DNA from: Rhizobium sp. Q54
GTDB lineage: Bacteria; Pseudomonadota; Alphaproteobacteria; UBA828
Direction of reading: 5' to 3'
DNA length: 64,000 bases
NCBI GenBank assembly: GCA_945902735.1
Contig: CAMDNF010000003.1
Coordinates: 2,311 to 66,310 of the forward strand
This document shows, in pieces, positions 60,357 through 64,000 of this stretch; the first letter of the stretch is position 1, and each line of letters opens with the position of its first letter. The position numbers and the translations under genes were made by a program. The notes beneath the pieces were generated by a model. It was not told the DNA's origin. It ran no database searches and worked only from the letters and a program-made list of their open reading frames with translations.

Positions 60357-61523
60357 TTAGGTTTCCGCCAGAAACGCCTTGAAACGTTGCGCCACCTCGA
60401 ACGGTTTGATGGTTGGGCGGCCGAGCTTTGCCATCGAGCCCGGTGCGATGCGAACGTGGAGTAAAGCCGGCTTCGGCCCGGCGAGCGCGTCCTCGAAGGC
60501 ACGCTCGAAGCCAGCGAGGCTCTCGCACACATAAGCGCGCTCATAGCCGCACGCCGCCGCGATTTCGGTGAACGATACCGAGGACGAGACGGTGGCTTGC
60601 CCGCCGGTTGAATCATGCGTGCCATTGTCGAGTACAATGTGAGTCAAGTTTGGCGGCGCATAGGTGCCGATCGTAGCGAGATTGCCCATCTTCATCAACG
60701 CGGCGCCATCGCCATCGAGCACCATCACGGGGCGCGCGGTATTGAGCGCGACACCCAAGCCCATCGCGCTCGCGCCGCCCATCGAGCCAACCTGATAAAG
60801 CTGCTGTTTGCGGTCCATCAGCGTGAACAATTCGCGCCCGCATTTTCCCGTGGTCGCGATCACCGCGGCGTCTGGTGGCACGCGTCGTAGGAAACGCTCG
60901 AGCACAGCGGCCCGCATCGGTCGCTCGCCGCGTTCGCTCAAATCGAGCGTGGTGCCGGGTGGTCGCTCGGGCGGCGGGCCCTGATTGAGCCCATCATCGA
61001 CCACCGTGTCTTTTTCCATCACGAAGGCGAAGGGCAAGCCCGATTCCGCCATCCATTCGCCCGCTTGATCGAGCGCCGGGCCGATCAGCCGCGCCTCAGA
61101 TGGAAACGCCGCATGAGGAACCCGCATCAGCTCGAGCAGATCCTGCGTGATCTCACCCATCAGCTCATGCTGCGGCTCGTCATTGAGGCCTGGCTGACCG
61201 CGCCATGTGACGATCATGAGTGTCGGAATACGAAACGGAAAATTCAACGAGGTGAGTGGATTGACCGTGTTGCCGAGGCCGGAGCTCTGGCACATCACCA
61301 CCGTCTTCCGCCCGGCTAAATGCGCGCCGGCGGCGATCGCAACCGCCTCCCCCTCCGATGTCGCGCCGACATAGCGCGTCAAAGGATCGGAGATCACGCG
61401 ATTGATCAGCGGCGTCAGGAAGGAGCACGGCACGCCGGTGAAAAAATCGAAACCGCGCTCACGCGCAGGAATCAGAAAATCATCGGCGGAGATCATATCG
61501 GGCGTCGTCCATGTTGCGCCCAA
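60357..61523 (-). CDS. thiamine-diphosphate-dependent decarboxylase of the phosphonopyruvate/sulfopyruvate decarboxylase family (probable phosphonopyruvate decarboxylase)
   Basis: About 388 aa with fused Pyr (GFDFFTGVPCSFLTPL) and PP domains. The TPP motif GDGAALMKMGNLATIGTYAPPNLTHIVLDNG (GDG-X25-N) is present; size and architecture match Ppd. Confidence 0.6.
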   Translation of the reverse strand: MGATWTTPDMISADDFLIPARERGFDFFTGVPCSFLTPLINRVISDPLTRYVGATSEGEAVAIAAGAHLAGRKTVVMCQSSGLGNTVNPLTSLNFPFRIPTLMIVTWRGQPGLNDEPQHELMGEITQDLLELMRVPHAAFPSEARLIGPALDQAGEWMAESGLPFAFVMEKDTVVDDGLNQGPPPERPPGTTLDLSERGERPMRAAVLERFLRRVPPDAAVIATTGKCGRELFTLMDRKQQLYQVGSMGGASAMGLGVALNTARPVMVLDGDGAALMKMGNLATIGTYAPPNLTHIVLDNGTHDSTGGQATVSSSVSFTEIAAACGYERAYVCESLAGFERAFEDALAGPKPALLHVRIAPGSMAKLGRPTIKPFEVAQRFKAFLAET

Positions 61524-61524
61524 T

Positions 61525-62352
61525 TCAGCGAGCGGCCGCCGGTTTCAGAGTAAAGGCGGCAAGACGCGTCGCTTCATTATATGCCATGTTCTTGCGCAGC
61601 GTTTCGGTATGAAGCTCCATATCAAATCCATAACGATCGGCGAGATTGCGAAAATGGTTGGTGCTATGCCACCAATCATGCGACCCCATGCGATCGACCA
61701 ACCGATTCGGATCTTTTTCCGAATAGGTGAAAAAGAAGACGGTCTTATCATGCATGATCTTCGGCACGTTCTTCATGACGTCTTCGATGTCACGCTCGGG
61801 CATATGCATGAAAATGGCGAAACACCAAATGTAATCGGCTTTCCGACCCTTCAACCAGTCGAAGGAATTATCCTTGTTGACAATGACAAGAAATTTGTCG
61901 GTCTCGATGCCCTTTTCCTGCTTCAAATAGTCGAGGCCCTTACGAATCCGCCCGCCGCTCGCGTCATTGCCCGAAAAGCTTCCGCTCGTCAGATAGGGCA
62001 CCAAGAAGCCGGCCACCCGACCCATCCCCAAGCCAAATTCATGGACGGCATGATGCGGCTGCACGCCAAGCGCCTTAATGACATTGAATTGCTCGCGCCC
62101 GTCCTCCATGTACTTCCGAAATTTTTCGCGCCGTTCCGGCGACTCGACGGTGGTGAAGTCATCCAACCGGCGCGCATACCACTCGAGATAGCTCACCCCG
62201 CGCAATCGGCTCAAGCAAAGGTTTAGATCCTCAAGGGGCTTCTGAATCCAGCGCCCGCGCACCGAACTATGGTCGCCGCGTAACCAAAGAACGACGCGAC
62301 TGGGAAGAACGGCGCGGAAGAAAGCCGCGATGCCATCGAAAAGGGAGCCCAT
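61525..62352 (-). CDS. SAM-dependent methyltransferase-like protein, markedly low GC
   Basis: HEFGLGMGRVAGFL (a glycine-rich motif I), ...KFLVIVNKD. GC is visibly lower (about 50%) than neighbouring genes. Confidence 0.5.
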   Translation of the reverse strand: MGSLFDGIAAFFRAVLPSRVVLWLRGDHSSVRGRWIQKPLEDLNLCLSRLRGVSYLEWYARRLDDFTTVESPERREKFRKYMEDGREQFNVIKALGVQPHHAVHEFGLGMGRVAGFLVPYLTSGSFSGNDASGGRIRKGLDYLKQEKGIETDKFLVIVNKDNSFDWLKGRKADYIWCFAIFMHMPERDIEDVMKNVPKIMHDKTVFFFTYSEKDPNRLVDRMGSHDWWHSTNHFRNLADRYGFDMELHTETLRKNMAYNEATRLAAFTLKPAAAR

Positions 62353-62385
62353 CAGTTTGGTTCCGTGTCTCTATTGAGGTTGAAT

Positions 62386-63225
62386 CTATGACCGCATGAT
62401 TTGGCGACCGGCCCACCGACGCCAACGTTGCGTCAGCGCCTCATGGGTCGGTTCGCCACGATAAAGATCGGGATGCTCGAGTGTCGTCATTTCGCTCGGA
62501 TCGTCCAGAGCGTGCTTGGCGAAAAACACGATCAAGCGGCTGCGCCCCGTGACAAATACCTGGCCGCGCCAGGCGTAAGGGGTCGGGCCGAGCAAGCGCG
62601 CAATCGACACGCGCCGCGCGCTCATCGGTTCGACGCGGATCTTTTCGATATTCGGCAGACCAACAAGTTCGATGTTGACTAGGCCCGGACGGTGATAGGG
62701 GTTGATCAAGACAATCGATTCATCCGCGTTTGCGTCAGGGTCGACACCGCAACAGGGGTAGCCCGCGCACCACGCGCCTAGTTCACGAACCTGATTGATC
62801 GTCACCGGATCGCCGAACTTTATCGCATTGTCGTTGAAAAAGGTTTTGCGCCTCGGGCCGCTGAACAACGTGTAGTTCGCGGCGGGTTGATTGGTCGAGA
62901 ACCCGCCCGGCGAAGCGACCGCCAATTCAAGCTCCCAATAGGACAATTCCGTTCCTCCATCCCAATCGGCCTTCCCGTCATCGTCGATCGTGATGACCCA
63001 TTCTTGAATCGACGAGCGAGGACCATCGAATTGGATTTCGGCTGTTCGGGTCACGATTTCGGCGCCATTCCGCCACAAGCGATGGGTCGCCTGAACGTGC
63101 GCCGATCGGGTCGTCAGGCGATCCCGAATCGAGGCGATCGGTAGCGCGTAGGTCACCCTATAGCCGGGCGGTGGGCCAAGACCCACGGCGGGCAGCAGAT
63201 AGGAAAAACTCGGCACGGCACTCAA
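62386..63225 (-). CDS. hypothetical protein (no recognisable family)
   Basis: 279 aa ORF in an operon with the Ppd-like gene. Contains CAGYPCCGVDPD; no family motifs recognised. Confidence 0.45.
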   Translation of the reverse strand: MSAVPSFSYLLPAVGLGPPPGYRVTYALPIASIRDRLTTRSAHVQATHRLWRNGAEIVTRTAEIQFDGPRSSIQEWVITIDDDGKADWDGGTELSYWELELAVASPGGFSTNQPAANYTLFSGPRRKTFFNDNAIKFGDPVTINQVRELGAWCAGYPCCGVDPDANADESIVLINPYHRPGLVNIELVGLPNIEKIRVEPMSARRVSIARLLGPTPYAWRGQVFVTGRSRLIVFFAKHALDDPSEMTTLEHPDLYRGEPTHEALTQRWRRWAGRQIMRS

Positions 63226-64000
63226 ATGTGGTGCAGCGAGATGCGCGGCGGATCGCCCGCGGCCACCATGGCGTGGGTGCGTACCATACGATCTGACTTG
63301 AGCGAGGCAATAAGCGGTCTCGCCGTATCGTCTGCGCCTTTCGGCAGCTCAAGTTCAACAAGGGCTGCGCCATATGGCGCCAATGACAACTGGCGTCGCA
63401 TAATCTCCTCGTTGCCGCGCACGGCCTGAATTTGGATCGAAGCCGGCTCCTGCTCACAATTCACCACGCTCAAATACTGCGTCTCGCCCCGTGGCGGCAC
63501 TGCCGTTCGCACAAACGAAGTGCGCCGACCATTGCCTTGCGAGTGTACGGTGCTAAGGGAACACTTCGTCTTAATCGTGAAATGCGGTCGGATCGACCCG
63601 CGAAAGCCCTCGCTAAGCGCAATCATCGACATCCGGCACTGCCCGGTCGACAGACCGGCCGAGCCAATCGGGCCCGTGATTTCATGATCCAACCGTTCGC
63701 CGGGCGCTAGCGTTCTGGTAATCAAATCGATCCGTCGTCCGTCCGCGTCGTGAATATCGAACCGCACGGCAAAATGCGGCGAACGCGGCCCAATCGATTG
63801 CGAGACCGAGTTCGCGACACTCGCAATCGTGCTGACACCATCGCCCGTCAAAATCGGAACGATCCCTCGGAGCGGAACCGCTACACGCGGCGATATCCGA
63901 TCAAGCCAGTCATAGATGATTCGTTTCGCGCTCCGCCTTTCGGCGCGGTTGTTTTTGCTAGATTTGTTCCCCCTTGCCGCCGAATGCCGAGAGGTTTCGT
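63222..64000 (-). CDS. hypothetical protein, 5' end beyond the window (open to position 64000)
   Basis: The reading frame stays open upstream of the listed TTG to the window edge (...KRIIYDWLDRISPRVAVPLRGIVPILTGDGVSTIAS...). ATGA overlap with the downstream gene. Confidence 0.45.
   Translation of the reverse strand, partial: ETSRHSAARGNKSSKNNRAERRSAKRIIYDWLDRISPRVAVPLRGIVPILTGDGVSTIASVANSVSQSIGPRSPHFAVRFDIHDADGRRIDLITRTLAPGERLDHEITGPIGSAGLSTGQCRMSMIALSEGFRGSIRPHFTIKTKCSLSTVHSQGNGRRTSFVRTAVPPRGETQYLSVVNCEQEPASIQIQAVRGNEEIMRRQLSLAPYGAALVELELPKGADDTARPLIASLKSDRMVRTHAMVAAGDPPRISLHHI

Noticed and set aside
1-64000. CRISPR arrays, rRNA genes, IS elements, prophage genes
   Set aside because: No regularly spaced direct repeats, no rRNA-like conserved stretches, and no transposase or integrase-like ORFs were seen on either strand.

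Overview
This 64 kb window is high-GC (about 63-65%), densely coded chromosomal DNA of alphaproteobacterial (Rhizobiales-like) character. I found no integrase, transposase or CRISPR array. Main blocks, in window order:

- 1-7 kb: a family-5 peptide/opine-type ABC importer operon on the minus strand. The binding-protein gene has an in-frame TGA, the tandem ATPase has a frameshift, and a PA14 secreted protein gene sits inside the operon.
- 7-13 kb: four glycosyltransferases, a histidine phosphatase and a deacetylase-like gene.
- 13.3-18.9 kb: a candidate cAMP-linked module. It has an atypical ABC exporter (degenerate ATPase motifs, large internal insertion), a stand-alone cNMP-binding protein, a small methyltransferase-like protein with a paralog 13 kb away, and a convergent class III adenylate cyclase-TPR gene.
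- 18.9-21 kb: xthA and two tandem DUF1127 small proteins flanked by a shared palindrome.
- 21-23.3 kb: a SpuC-like aminotransferase plus a PuuD-like hydrolase.
- 23.3-35.7 kb: lolA and ftsK, a hicAB toxin-antitoxin pair, amtB without glnK, and housekeeping genes.
- 35.7-40.9 kb: tRNA-Gly, mtnA/mtnB, ribokinase and NADP-GdhA.
- 40.9-46.9 kb: the giant NAD-GDH, divergent from gdhA, then a DUF4157 protein and a nested G/C palindrome.
- 46.9-48.5 kb: purH.
- 48.4-64 kb: a surface-glycan (O-antigen-like) locus with WbpM/WbpL-type enzymes, a carbamoyltransferase, a ligase, a GT39-like gene, five methyltransferases and an RfaH-like NusG paralog. It ends in a phosphonopyruvate-decarboxylase operon with a low-GC methyltransferase and two unknown proteins, suggesting a phosphonate-decorated glycan.

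Three or four genes carry frameshifts at homopolymer runs. These look like assembly errors and need read-level verification.
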